This document shows positions 37,505 through 50,349 of a DNA stretch of 64,000 nucleotides, piece after piece. The DNA comes from Chiloscyllium plagiosum (Eukaryota). Every line of letters starts with the position of its first letter. Position 1 is the first letter of the stretch. Made by a program: the position numbers and the translations under genes. Under the pieces are notes generated by a model, which saw only the letters and a list, made by a program, of their open reading frames with translations, made no database searches and had not been told where the DNA came from. The stretch is from the NCBI RefSeq assembly GCF_004010195.1, contig NC_057718.1, forward strand, positions 105,265,683 through 105,329,682. Reading direction: 5' to 3'.

Positions 37505-40500
37505 TTTCGTGTCATGGAGCTGTACAGCACAGAAACAGACCCTTCAGCCCAACTCGTCCAAGCCAATCAGGTATCCTAAACTCATCTAGTTCCATTTGCC
37601 AGCACTTGGCCCATATTCCTCTAAACCTTACGTATTCGTATATCCATCCAATGCCTTTTAAATGTTGTAATTGTACCAACCTCCACAGGTTCCTCTGGCA
37701 GCTTATTCCATACACACACCACCCTCTGCATGAAAATGTTGCCTCTTAGGTCCCTTTAAATCTTTCCCCTCTCACTTTAAATCTATGCCTTCTAGTTCTG
37801 GAATCCCCCGCCCCAGGGAAAATGCCTTGTCCACTTACTCTGTCTGTGCCCTTCGTGATTTTATAAATCTCTATAAAGTCACTCCTCAGCCTCTGACACT
37901 CCAGGGAAACCAGCCCCAGCCTATTCAGCCTCTCCCTATAGCTCAGACCCTCCAACCCTAGGAACATTCTTGTAAATCCTTTCTGAACCCTTCAAAGTTT
38001 CACAACATCCTTCTGATAGCAGGGAGACCAGAAATACACACAATATTCCAAAAGTGGCCTAAATAATGTCCTGTACAGCTGCACATGATCTTCCAACTCC
38101 TTTTACTCAATGCTCTAACCAATAAGGGAAAGCATACCAAACGCTGCCTTCACTATCCTATCTACCTCAACTCCACTTTCAAGGAACAATGAACCTGCAC
38201 TCTGAAATCTCATTGTTCAGCAACACTCCCCAGGGATCTTACCCTTAAGTACATACAGAGTCATAGAGATGTACAGCACGGAAACAGACCCTTCAGTCCA
38301 ACCCGTCCATGCCGACCAGAATATCCCAACCCAATCTAGTCCCACCTGCCAGCACCCGGCCCATATCCCTCCAAACCCTTCCTATTCATATATCCATCTA
38401 AATGCCTTTTAAATGTTGCAATTGTACCAGCCTCCACCACCTCCTCTGGCAGCTCATTCCATACACGTACCACCGTGTGTGTGAAAACGTTGTCNNNNNN
38501 NNNNNNNNNNNNNNNNNNNNNNNNNNNNNNNNNNNNNNNNNNNNNNNNNNNNNNNNNNNNNNNNNNNNNNNNNNNNNNNNNNNNNNNNNNNNNNNNNNNN
38601 NNNNNNNNNNNNNNNNNNNNNNNNNNNNNNNNNNNNNNNNNNNNNNNNNNNNNNNNNNNNNNNNNNNNNNNNNNNNNNNNNNNNNNNNNNNNNNNNNNNN
38701 NNNNNNNNNNNNNNNNNNNNNNNNNNNNNNNNNNNNNNNNNNNNNNNNNNNNNNNNNNNNNNNNNNNNNNNNNNNNNNNNNNNNNNNNNNNNNNNNNNNN
38801 NNNNNNNNNNNNNNNNNNNNNNNNNNNNNNNNNNNNNNNNNNNNNNNNNNNNNNNNNNNNNNNNNNNNNNNNNNNNNNNNNNNNNNNNNNNNNNNNNNNN
38901 NNNNNNNNNNNNNNNNNNNNNNNNNNNNNNNNNNNNNNNNNNNNNNNNNNNNNNNNNNNNNNNNNNNNNNNNNNNNNNNNNNNNNNNNNNNNNNNNNNNN
39001 NNNNNNNNNNNNNNNNNNNNNNNNNNNNNNNNNNNNNNNNNNNNNNNNNNNNNNNNNNNNNNNNNNNNNNNNNNNNNNNNNNNNNNNNNNNNNNNNNNNN
39101 NNNNNNNNNNNNNNNNNNNNNNNNNNNNNNNNNNNNNNNNNNNNNNNNNNNNNNNNNNNNNNNNNNNNNNNNNNNNNNNNNNNNNNNNNNNNNNNNNNNN
39201 NNNNNNNNNNNNNNNNNNNNNNNNNNNNNNNNNNNNNNNNNNNNNNNNNNNACATGATTTCCCACGCACAAAGCCATGTTGACTATCCCTAATCAGTCCT
39301 TGCCTTTCCAAATATATGTACATCCTGTCCCTCAGGATTCCCTCCAACAACTTGCCCACCACCGACGTCAAGCTTACTGGTCTATAGTTCCCTGGCTTGT
39401 CCTTACCACCCTTCTTAAACAGTGGCACCACATTCGCCAACCTTCAGTCTTCCGGCACCTCACCCGTGACTATCGATGATACTAATATCTCACAGCAAGA
39501 CACCCAGCAATCACTTCTCTACCTTCCCACAGAGCTCTAGGGTACACCTGATCAGGCCCTGGATTTATCCACCTTTACCCATTTCAAGACATCCAACACT
39601 TCCTCCTCTGTAATCTGGACATTTTGCAAGATGTCACCATCTATTTCCCTACAGTCTAGATCTTCCATATCCATTTCCACAGTAAATACGGATGCAAAAT
39701 ATTCATTTAGTATTTTCCCCATTTTCTGCAGCTCCACACAAAGGCCGCCTTGCTGATCTTTGAGGGGCCCTATTCTCTCTCCCTAGTTACCCTCGTCCTG
39801 AATGTATTTGTAAAAACTCTTTGGATTCTCCTTAATTCTATTTGCCAAAGCTATCTCATGTCCCCTTGTTGACCTCCTGATTTCCCTCTTAAGTATACTC
39901 CTACTTCCTCTATACTCTAAGGATTCACTCAATCTATCCTGTCTATATCTTACATATGCTTCCTCCTTTGTCTTAACCAAACCCTCAATTTCTTTAGTCA
40001 TCCAGCATTCCCTATACCTACCAGCCTTTCCTTTCACCCTAACAGGAATATACTTTCTCTGGATTCTCGTTATCTCATTTCTGAAGGCTTCCCATTTCCC
40101 AGCCGTCCCTTTACCTGTGAACATCTGCCCCCAATCACCTTTTGAAAGTTCTTGCCTAATACCGTCAAAATTGGCCTTTCTCCAATTTCGAACTTCAACT
40201 TTTAGATCTGGTCTATCCTTTTCCATCATTATTTTAAATCTAATAGAATTATGGTTGTTGGCCCCAAAGTACTCTCCCACTGACACCTTAGTCAACCTGC
40301 CCTGCCTTCTTTCCCAAGAGTAGGTCAAGGTTTGCACCTTCTGTAGTAGGTACATCCACATACTGAATCAGAAAATTGTCTTGTACACACAACAAATTCC
40401 TCTCTATCTAAACCCTTAACACTATGGCAATCCCAGTCTAAGTTAAAATCCCCAACCATAACCACCCTATTATTCTTACAGATGGCTGTGTCCTGCCCTC

Positions 40501-40570
40501 ATTTGGCTTTCCCAAAATGCAGCAGCTTACATTTATTTCAAGGAAATTACATCTGCCACTCCTCGGCACA
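37505..40570 (-). mobile_element. Nested CR1/HER1 LINEs (younger copy ~38255-40485 inside an older copy)
   Basis: Two 3' tails (~37505, ~38255); ANVVPLFKKGGKDKPGNYRPVSLTSVVGKLLE; the older copy resumes ~40490. Confidence 0.85.
38495..39251. other. Assembly gap (N run) within a CR1 LINE
   Basis: Run of n. Confidence 1.
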
Positions 40571-41090
40571 TTGAAATCTTTGTTCCACAGATCTGGCCAG
40601 AGTAAGGCAAATCTGAAATGTAAAGTGTTTCCCTATCTCATGATGCTACCTATCTTGCTGTGTATTTCCAGAGTCTTTTGTTTCATTTCAAAAGTTTCAG
40701 TTTATTGTTTCCAGATAAATATACTCTCACCAACGTTCCAAAGTGGGGGGTAAAAAAAACCTTCAATCAAGAATTTTCAGGTTCTGGAGGAACCTGACAA
40801 GATTCATAGGGAACCAACTACAGAAACCTGCAGAATCACACTACTATGCTGTCATGGTGATGTTCTATAACATTTGCAGAGTGTTACAAACTGTGCAGTT
40901 TGAGGCTAAATTATTTTTGTAAAGCAACTCCACTGGAAGATTAATTGAAAGCAGTAATTAAAATATGCAAGGAGAACCCACGTAGTGAATACCAGGTATT
41001 TTTCTACAGGTCTCTTGTAATTTTTAACCAGATAATGGTGCAAAACTGCTCAAGGAATGCAAAAACAAAATGTAGGTTACTGGCATGTAT

Positions 41091-41096
41091 TTTATT
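41091..41096 (-). terminator. MDH1: Candidate MDH1 polyadenylation signal AATAAA
   Basis: First AATAAA on the minus strand, ~180 nt after the stop codon. Confidence 0.5.
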
Positions 41097-41272
41097 ATGT
41101 TTATACCTTCTCTACCTAGTACAATAATGCATACTCACTGAATATTAATCGTGACAATGCAGCACAAATTTCTTTGTGAGATTATATAGATAACAGAATC
41201 AAAACAGGTTGATTCATTTTATCACCAACATGGAACATACAGTGATTACAGTATTTAGGTTAGACAGTCTTC

Positions 41273-41398
41273 TCAAATACTTGACAGAAACTCAGAGGCT
41301 GTTTCTTTCTCCTCAAGCAGCTCTTTGGCAGTAACTTTCAGCTTTTCACAGGAGAAGTCACTGATTTTCAGACATTGCACAATATCCCAAGTTTTATT
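41273..41398 (-). CDS. MDH1: MDH1 exon 9 (last coding exon) [41 protein letters not shown]
   Basis: Acceptor ttccag|AAT, ends at TGA. Joined exons give an uninterrupted 334-aa ORF, the same length as human MDH1. Confidence 0.96.
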   Translation of the reverse strand, partial: NKTWDIVQCLKISDFSCEKLKVTAKELLEEKETASEFLSSI

Positions 41399-42781
41399 CT
41401 GGAACAAAAGGCAGATGATTAGTAAACCCCTTTTAAAGACAGTAAAAAATATTTCATACAGTATCTCTAAGATCAGCCATTGTGCAGTTATGATACTTTT
41501 TTCCCTTTGTTCTTTCATGGGATCTGGGAACCTTGGCAAGGCTGGCATTTGTTGCTCGTCTGAAACTGCACTTGAACTGAGTGGCCAGTTGGCCATTTCA
41601 GAGGGAAGCTAAAATGTCAGCCAGGTTGCTGTGGGTCTGAAGTTATACGTGGGCCAGACTGGTAAAAGATAGAAGATTTCCCTCCCTTAAGGATTTTTAG
41701 AACACTCGTTAATTTTTCATCATCTTTGTTCTTTATCATTTTTAGTTTGGAGCTGTAAACTCAGTTGATGACAACCGTTGGACTGTGAACTTCAGGCGCT
41801 TTCTTTAAAAAAAAAACTAAACCAATAAGTTTGTTCAGGAGGCCAGCCTGGAAGGTAACTGCATAATGATCCCTGTTTACAGAGAAAAGTCTATAAACAT
41901 TTCAGTTGGTGGATGAATTATGATCAACAGATGTTTGGATATAGACTAATGCTAGTCAGTCTGACAAAGAGAAACCAAAGCTTGAATTGTTTTTGAATTG
42001 TGATTTAGTCAGAAGGATTGTGCTGGTGAAAGATTTAATTACTCGATGGATGTCCTCTTATTATCAAGATATTGGAAGTCTGGAGAATAGATTTTCAGTT
42101 AAGTATAAAATGAATATTCTTGAACCTATTGGAAGATATTTACAGGCATCAGGGTCATCAGAAACCAAGCAAGATACAATCCCTTGTGTCTGAGATTACA
42201 GATCATGGAATAAACATTAACCGTGCATACATCTTTTGAATTTGGGGAGGGACTAGAATCAAAGAAGATTGGGCTTAAGTCATAGATGTTAATTAGATTA
42301 CCTTATTGCTCAACTTTGCTCTGCTAAAGTTACTATATTATTAATTTGTTAAATCTCTTCCAGCTATAAATCTGGTGTCTTGTATTGGTTTTTCAAAAAG
42401 TATGTTTAGGTACCATTGGGGTCAGTTGAGGATCATCAAGTATTTTAATTTTATTGTGTTTCAAATACAGAGATAGGGAGGCTGATTTCACTTGGTTGTG
42501 TTGTAATAAGGGAACTAGTCATCCAAATGGGAGTTTACAACATGTCTCACAGTCACTACTTGATTAATTTTCAGTTTCGATGTTATGAATGGAATCTAAA
42601 TTCATCAAGTTGCTGCTGTACTGAGTCCCTGGAACATTTGCCAGGGGTTCTGAATGACTAAATTATTGATGTGAATACTTCATGTCCATCTGCCCCCATG
42701 AAATATTTAATTAAAACAGATGAAATATCCAAATGGTGCAGAGACATTTAACAAAGGGCAACATGTTGCTTAACAGCTTAC

Positions 42782-42871
42782 CTTGATTTGCACTGGGAAC
42801 GAAAAAACCAGGTCATTGGGAACACCATATGGGTTTCCATCAGAAATCACTCCCATGGAAACCCATTCATC
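42782..42871 (-). CDS. MDH1: MDH1 exon 8 (90 nt) [30 protein letters not shown]
   Basis: Splice sites tacag|GAT and AAG|gtaagc; [10 protein letters not shown] motif. Confidence 0.97.
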
Positions 42872-42999
42872 CTGTACAAAAAAAAGTCAGATAAAACAAA
42901 AAACTGCAGAGCTCAACTCACAGAGAAAGCAGAGTTAACATTTCAAGCCCACTTACCCTTCTTCAGAAGGTGAAGGAAGAATCAGAGTTTCCTACCTAC

Positions 43000-45865
43000 C
43001 TCGAGTGTGGCTATATTCAGATGGGGGTGTGTGCATGTGCTGTGCTGTTCATGTGGCAAGTGCCATGCACATGTATGGATGGGTTGCAGGGACAGCCAAA
43101 GCGATGGTGATATAAAAGTAAAGGCTGAGGTTGGCACAATAGATAAGGGGAGCAAGTCTAACAGTCAAAGCAGAGAAGAGTTTGGCAAAGAACGAGGTAA
43201 GACTGAAATTAAACTTCATTTACTCCATGCTAGAGGTCTGACAGGGAAGACTGAACATAGAAAGTCCCATGTTGCCAACCACGCCCTATTAAATGATTTG
43301 GATGTGAACATAGGAGGTATGTTAGCTTGTTTGCAGATGACACCAAAATAGGTGGTGGTGCAGTGGACTGGTGGTTATCTCAGAGTACAGCTGTTTGCAG
43401 GTAAAGGGATGTCTGGCAAGTGAGAAGCTTTCAAAAAAATGAGACAGAATTCAGAGGGGTTAGGTTCCTGTTAGAGTGATGGGTAAGGCTGGTAGGTGTT
43501 GGAAATAATGAATGGAGAGAGATATTGAGCTTCTGGTCAAGAATAAGATAGTGGTGTATATCAGGTACAGACAACTGGGATCAAGTGAATCTCTTGAAAA
43601 GTATAAGGGGAGTAGGTGCATTCTTAAGAGGGAAATCAGGAGACCAAAAAAAGGACACAAGATAACTTTGGCAGATAAGGTTAAGGATAATCCAAAACAG
43701 ATTCTACATGTATATTAAGGGCAAAAGACCAACTAGGAAGAGAATAGGGCCCCTTAAAGATCAATGAGGTCACCTACGTGTGGAACTACAGGCGATGGGA
43801 AGAGCTACCAAACAAATATTTTGCTTCAACATTTACTGTAGAGAAAGTCATGGAAGCTTGGGAACTTAGGGAAATAAATATTGATGTCTTGAAAACAGTC
43901 CATATTACAGAAGAGGCGTTGGAGATCTTAAAGTATAAGAGGTAGATAAAATCTCTAGGACCTAATCAAATGTATCCAATGACATTGGGGAAAGCTGGGG
44001 AAAATTTGCAGCGCACCTAGCAGAGATATTTGTATCAACGACAGCCACAGGTGAAGTGTTAGAAGACTGGAGGTTGGTTACTGATGTACCTTTAAGAAAG
44101 GCTATAGGCAAATGCCCGGGAACTATAAACCAGTGAGACTAATGTTAGCAGTGGGCAAGTTGTTGGAAAGGATTCTGAGGGACAGAATTTACATCCATTT
44201 GGAGAGACAAGGACTAATTTAGGGAAAGTTAGCATGATTTTTGTGTGGGAAATCATGTCTTGCAAAGCTTGATTAAGTTTCTTGAGGATGTGACGAAGAT
44301 GATAGATTAGGGCAGAGCGGTAACGTTGTCTACACAGACTTTAGTGAAGGCTTTGATAAAGTTCTGCATGGTAGACTAGTCAGTAAAGTTGCGAGCGTGG
44401 TGCTGAAAAAGTACAGCAGGTCAGGCAGCCTTCGAGGAGCAGGAGAGTCGATGTTTTAGGCATAAGCTCTTCATCAGGAATGAGGCTAATGAAGAGCTTA
44501 TGCCTGAAACGTCGATTCTCCTGCTCCTCGGATGGTGCCTGACTGGCTGTGCTTTTCCAGCACAACACTCTCGACTCTGATCTGCAGTCCTCGGTTTCTC
44601 CAATTTAGTAAAAGGAGATCATGTGGGTTTCAGGGAGAACTTGCAAACTGGATACAAAACTGATTTGCTGGTAGGTGACGGAGGGTTGTTTCTTGGACTG
44701 GAAGCCAGTGACCAGTGTTCCACAGGAATCGGTGCTGTGTCCATTGTTTTTGGTCGTTTATATAAACAATTTGGATGAGAACATAGGAAGCATGGTCAAT
44801 AAGTTTGTGGATGACACCAAAATTGTTGGCATACAGAGGAACCTTGATTATCTGAACATCAGTTATCCGAAGATGATCTCAAGGTCCCGATAGAACCTTT
44901 ACATCAAAGATGTGTTTCAACACTGATCACGTCTTTTGTTTACAGTGATTAAAAGTGAACTTTGTTTACTGACATGCTGCCAAGAGCAGTCCTGAACATC
45001 GATGGGAGCCCAGGCATACTGATCTCCTGCCCTCTCTCTCTTTCCCCACACTTTCCGTGGAGTTCAACATAGGGGTATACCCTAAACCCCCACTCCCCAG
45101 ATAATCTCTCCACATTGTTCACTGAAAATTGGGTCACAGGTAGACAGGGTCATACAGAAGGCACACTTGCCTTCATTGCTCAGACTAGAGTGTAGGAACA
45201 AAACCAGAAATTGCTGGAAATGCTGAGCAGATCTGGCAGCATCTGTGGAGAGAAATCAGACTTAATGTTTTGGGTCCAGTGACCCTTCCCCAGAACTGGG
45301 TATAGGAGTTGGGACACATTTGCGGTTGTACAGGATGTTGGAGAGGCCACTTTTGGAGTACCGTGCGCAGTACTGGCAATAGGAAGGATATTAAATTGGA
45401 GAGGATGCAAAGATACACTAGGATATTACTGGGACTGGAGGGTTGGAGTTATAAGAACAGACTGGATAAGCAGAGACCTTTTTTTCCACTGGAGCGTGGG
45501 GAGGTTGAGGGGGTCATCTTTTAGAGGTTAATAAAATCATGAGAGGCATAGATAAAGTGAATAGCAAAGTGTTGGGAAGTTAAAAACTAGAGGGCATAAT
45601 TTTAAAGTGAGAGGGGGAAGATTTAAGAAAGGACGTGAGCAGCAACTTTTTCCATACAAAGGATGATTCCTTTGTGGAATGAACTGCCAGAGAAAATGGA
45701 AGATGCAGATAGCTACAACATTTAAAAGTCATTTGGACAGGTACATGAATAGGAAAGGTTGAGAGAGATACGGGCCAAAGGCAGGCAGACATGACTAGTT
45801 TAGTTTGGGAAAGGTGGTCGGCATGGACAAGTTGAACCGAAAGGTCGGTTTCCTTTATGACTGTT
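43000..45865 (+). mobile_element. Rearranged CR1-type LINE in MDH1 intron 7 with several small nested insertions
   Basis: KREIRRPKKGHKITLADKVKDNPK; VPQESVLCPLFLVVYINNLD..KFVDDTKI; 3' tail ~45860. Confidence 0.8.
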
Positions 45866-45913
45866 TTACAAAGCAACAGGATTAGATCTTACAGTACACA
45901 GGAATAATGAAGG

Positions 45914-45950
45914 GTTCCTGACGAAGGGCTTATGCCCGAAATGTCGATTC
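45914..45950 (+). ncRNA. Minimal hammerhead ribozyme motif (PLE-associated)
   Basis: CUGACGA-A-GGGC-UUAU-GCCC-GAAA-UG-UC-GAUU. Confidence 0.55.
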
Positions 45951-46258
45951 TGCTGCTCCTCGGATGCTGCCTGACCTGCTGTGCTTTTCCAGCACCACTC
46001 TCTAGACTCTGATCTCCAGCATCTGCAGTCAGCATGGAAACTCACTTTCCCCTATGGGAGTAATGTTTGCAATGATACCCATGTAGCAAGGTGTAAACTG
46101 GGGAATAAACTTGTTAGTTAGTGTGGGTGGAAGCAGAAAATAAACCATCTAAACAGAGACAGAGCATTTTAAATGGATGGCATATCCAACAGATCATTCA
46201 ATCCTAGGAGACAGAGTTAGTGTAAAGGTAGCCAAGTTCAAGTAATTCGTTAACATAC

Positions 46259-46372
46259 CTCAGCAGTACCAAACCAGAGGGTCCTCATGTGATCAGAAAT
46301 GGCCTTAGCAGCAGACATTGCACTTGAGAGTTTCCGTGCCTTAATCACTGCAGCTCCACGCTGCTGCACAGT
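46259..46372 (-). CDS. MDH1: MDH1 exon 7 (114 nt) [38 protein letters not shown]
   Basis: Splice sites cag|ACT and GAG|gtatgt; near identity to vertebrate MDH1. Confidence 0.97.
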
Positions 46373-48088
46373 CTGTTGGCAGGGGGAAAAAAAGTTTAGT
46401 TTTCCAACTGGTTACATGCAGCAGGTTGTGTGCAATGCAGGAATCGCTTTCTTCTTCCTCACTCCTTCTGGAAAGTTTTGTTGGGCTATGGTAATGCTGG
46501 GGCACTTCACAACGTCTACCGTAAGAAACTAAATACATGCAAGTCTATGAACAACAGAGAAAACAACTGGATGGCAACAAATATTTAGAAAACTATCAAA
46601 AGTAAGCACAGGAAATAATTTCACACAAGTATTTGTGAACTGTACATTTTTTAAAACAAAGAAGCTCAAGCCTGACATCGAAATGAGTAATTTGAAATTA
46701 AGCCACAAACAAACATTGTTTTGAACCACAATCAACCTCAGGTGAATGGACAATGTCACATGAACAAAACATTAGCAACATACAGTTACAAATACATGAA
46801 GGCAACAATGTTGAGGGATCTGATAAAAACCATTTGGTGCTCTATTTAAAATCAAAATGCAAAATCTGTCTCATAACATGTTTCTGGACAGAAGGAAACA
46901 TTGTTATTTTTAAGTTATTCATTTTTCATAACCTCTGGGAAGACATTTGCTGCATTTAGTGTAGCATTCAAAGAACAGATTGCAGTTTCTGTTCAGTCAC
47001 AGAATTCAATGCAAATGTAAAGTGAACATGCTCACCGAGCTGGGAATTTGGTTTGCAGATGTTTTGTCCCCTTTCTAGGTGACATCCTGTGTGCTGTGGA
47101 GCTGCCTGTGAAACATTACTGCATTGTGTTGGTTGGAATTTAAAGTGAACATTTAGCTGACACAGCTTAATAAATGTAGAGTGCTTTGGTTAACGGTACT
47201 TCTAAATATCCTTTGCCTGAGAAAACACAGTTCTGGCATGGTTTCCGATATCCTTCATCTGTTCAGAAATCAATGGGAATATTCCTTAGCTCTCCCCAAT
47301 TCCAATTTCTTAAGTTGCACACAAGCACGAGTCAGGAACTGTCAAAATGAAATAAATAGTACCCAGAATGCTTAACAGTTTGGGCAATATTCGAAGGGTT
47401 TATGTCAGAAACGTCGATTCTCCTGCTCCTTGGATGCTACCCGAGCTGCTGTGCTTTTCCAGCACAACACAACTCTGATCTCCAGCACCTGTAATTCTCA
47501 CTTTCTTCCAATATTTGAAGGGGTGGCAAAAGAAGGCAAAAGGGATAATGTTTCATGTGGAGATGTGAAGCATTAACTGTAGCTGTCCAGCAATGCTGGC
47601 AGATCGGTTGAGTATTTCTGACATTCTTTGATGATTCCAACATTTGCAGCATTTTTGCTTTTGCAGTCAAAATAAGATTTTTTTTGTGCCAAGTTTAGAA
47701 TGATGCAGATTAGGAAGGCAGCTAACTTAGATCCTATACTATACTGAGTTATCAGTGTCAGGTACACATTCACACAAATAATACTTGGTGAAAGTTTGCA
47801 TTGGAGAAGACAAAACAGATTTCAGCTGTTAAGACCAATGCAGGTGGCCAACTGACATCTCCTGTCAAATACAACAACGACCACCTTAGGGACAGTCTGG
47901 CAAGATTATTCAATAGGAGATCAAAACCTTGCTCTGCACAAAATAACCCAGTCATAATATCCACAGCACTGTCAGTTTTAAGTAAAATTCAACGAAGTGA
48001 ATGCGTGTCTTTGAAAAACCACAAAAGAAATTGAACTTGGAAGGTCTTCACAATAAACATTATGAAAACGAGTTCTGAAGTTACTTAC

Positions 48089-48265
48089 AGTGATAAAGTC
48101 ACCCTTCAGCCAGTTATCATCCTTAACAGCATCATAGATACTCATTTCCTTCCCTTTAACTTTGACAGTGGCATGAGTAACATCTGGATACTGAGTTGAA
48201 GAATGATTGCCCCAGATGATAACATTTTTCACATCATTGGAAGGCACTCCCAGTTTGAATGCAAT
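48089..48265 (-). CDS. MDH1: MDH1 exon 6 (177 nt) [59 protein letters not shown]
   Basis: Splice sites tag|ATT and ACT|gtaagt; catalytic His in WGNHS. Confidence 0.98.
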
Positions 48266-48399
48266 CTAAATATAAAGCTTAATTTGTAATAAATCCAGTT
48301 AAAGAGAAGAAACAATTTACTTAAATAAACAAAGATAAATTATTCTGCAATCTTTAAATTATTTATCATACTGCTTATTTGGTCTGAATTCAATCTCAG

Positions 48400-49180
48400 A
48401 TTCAAATTCATCCAGCACAGAAATGCCCTTTGGCCTAGAGTCTGCACCAACTTAACCACCATTAAAAGGGCACTAATCCCAATTTCCTACACTTGTCCTA
48501 TATCTGTTAGTGTTATGATATTCGAAGTGCCCATCCAAATTTTTTTTTATAAAGGTTGTAAGGTTTCTAGCCTCCATTACCTTCCCAGGCAATGCATTCC
48601 AGATTCCCACCACCTGCTGAGTGAAGCTTTTTCTCCAAATCACCTGTCTTTTACCCTAAAACTAGGGTGATCAACTTCTCAACCAAGGGGGAGCAGATGC
48701 TCTCTATTCACCCTGTCCATACCCCTCAATCTTATACACTTCAATCATGTACCCCCCTCAGTCTTTCCTGCTCTAAAGAAAACAATCCAAACTTATCTAG
48801 TTTCTCTTCATAGCATAATTGTTCCATCCAAGGTAACATCCTGGTGAATCTCCTCCGTAGCCGCTCATCCTTCCTGTTGTGAGGTGACTAGAATGCACAC
48901 ACTACTCCAGCTGTGACCTGACCAACACACTTTACAACTCCAACATTACCTCCTTGTTCTTATACTCTATGCCACACTGATGAAAGCAGATGTCCCATTT
49001 GCCTCCTGAACTATCCTGTTCACATGCTCTGCTGATTTCAGGGATCTGTGAACAATTACCCCAAGATCCCTCTGTTCTAAGCTACAGAGTGTCCTACCAA
49101 TCATCAAATACTCGTTTCTTCTGCCAAACGTTACGTCACATTTATCAAGGTTAAACACCATTTGCCTATCTCAACATCTT
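48400..49180 (-). mobile_element. CR1-type LINE 3' fragment
   Basis: FNLDKCDV..EQRDLGVIVHRSLK. Confidence 0.75.
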
Positions 49181-49490
49181 CCTGTAATCTAAAATCACCT
49201 TCACTAACTCATCACTTTTTGGAAATCTGCAAACTGTTCTACTACAGACAACATTCAAATTGTTAATTCCATCTAGGATATTACTTCAAAATGACGACCA
49301 ACCTTGTACAAAATTAACAGACAGTGAGGTTTTGCCTTTGTCCATATAATCAGAAACTTTGCCAAAGATTAAAAGCAGGACTGTAGACATTTGAATATTG
49401 GCAAGTTATAAAATGTAAATGTAGAGACAACCCCCATTCTAAGTGAAGCTCTCCAACAAGCCTCATTTTAAAAGCAGAGTTTAGACATAC

Positions 49491-49613
49491 CTGAGCTTTT
49501 GCTCGGTTATGATCTAAGCGAGTCAGGCAAGAGAAGTTCTCTTTCGGAATGGATGGGGCACACTTAATTGCAGTCAAACAATTGGTGTTGGCTGGGTTGC
49601 CCACAACAAGAAC
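49491..49613 (-). CDS. MDH1: MDH1 exon 5 (123 nt) [41 protein letters not shown]
   Basis: Splice sites cag|GTT and CAG|gtatgt; VGNPANTN and LTRLDHNRA active-site motifs. Confidence 0.98.
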
Positions 49614-50349
49614 CTGCAAGAAATAATTTGATTTATTATACAGTACCAGTAAAAAATCCAGTAAGATAGACAGTAACCACATGATTTGTTTCATCGGGCC
49701 AAATGTGACACACATACATTGTAGATTTCTGCAAAATGAGGAGCAAAGGACTTGCACATGTTTTGACTGCAGGTTAAATGATTCCTTACTTGCAAACAGT
49801 TGGAAGTTTGTGGTTTGCAGCTCTCTGCTACCTTGCCTACAAACCTGACCTTAGAACATATTGGCACTGCTCAGCTCTCGAAAGATTGCACATCCCCCAA
49901 ATGAGGTGAATGAAACCTTACAATATTTTTAAAAACGTGACCCAATAGTACTTCTGTAAATTTAACTCTTCTGGAAATACATTAGTTTTTTTTTTAGGTC
50001 TTGCTGTACTAGGCATAGACCTCAATACCTTGTACAAGTTAACAAATGTCTTTTCTTAGAGTGGCCTTGAGCAAGCAGGTGTATTGACGCTAGTAGGTAT
50101 CTAAATTTAATAGACAAGCATATGACATATTTCAAGAAGTTTACTCAAATTTAAGTGGTTAAAAAGGGACTCATAGGTGGCTTATTAGATTAATACCTGG
50201 GAAGAGATCACCTTATAATGAAATTATGGAATTCAGAAGAGCATGGGGTGATTTGAATCAAGTTTATAAGGTCCTGAATAGACCTGACAATCTGGATGAG
50301 GAAAGAACAAGGAACACTGAAGATACGGGTCACCCTTTTAACATTGAAA

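Noticed and set aside
38336-39440. 260-328 aa ORFs
   Set aside because: Artefacts of translating through the N gap inside a CR1.
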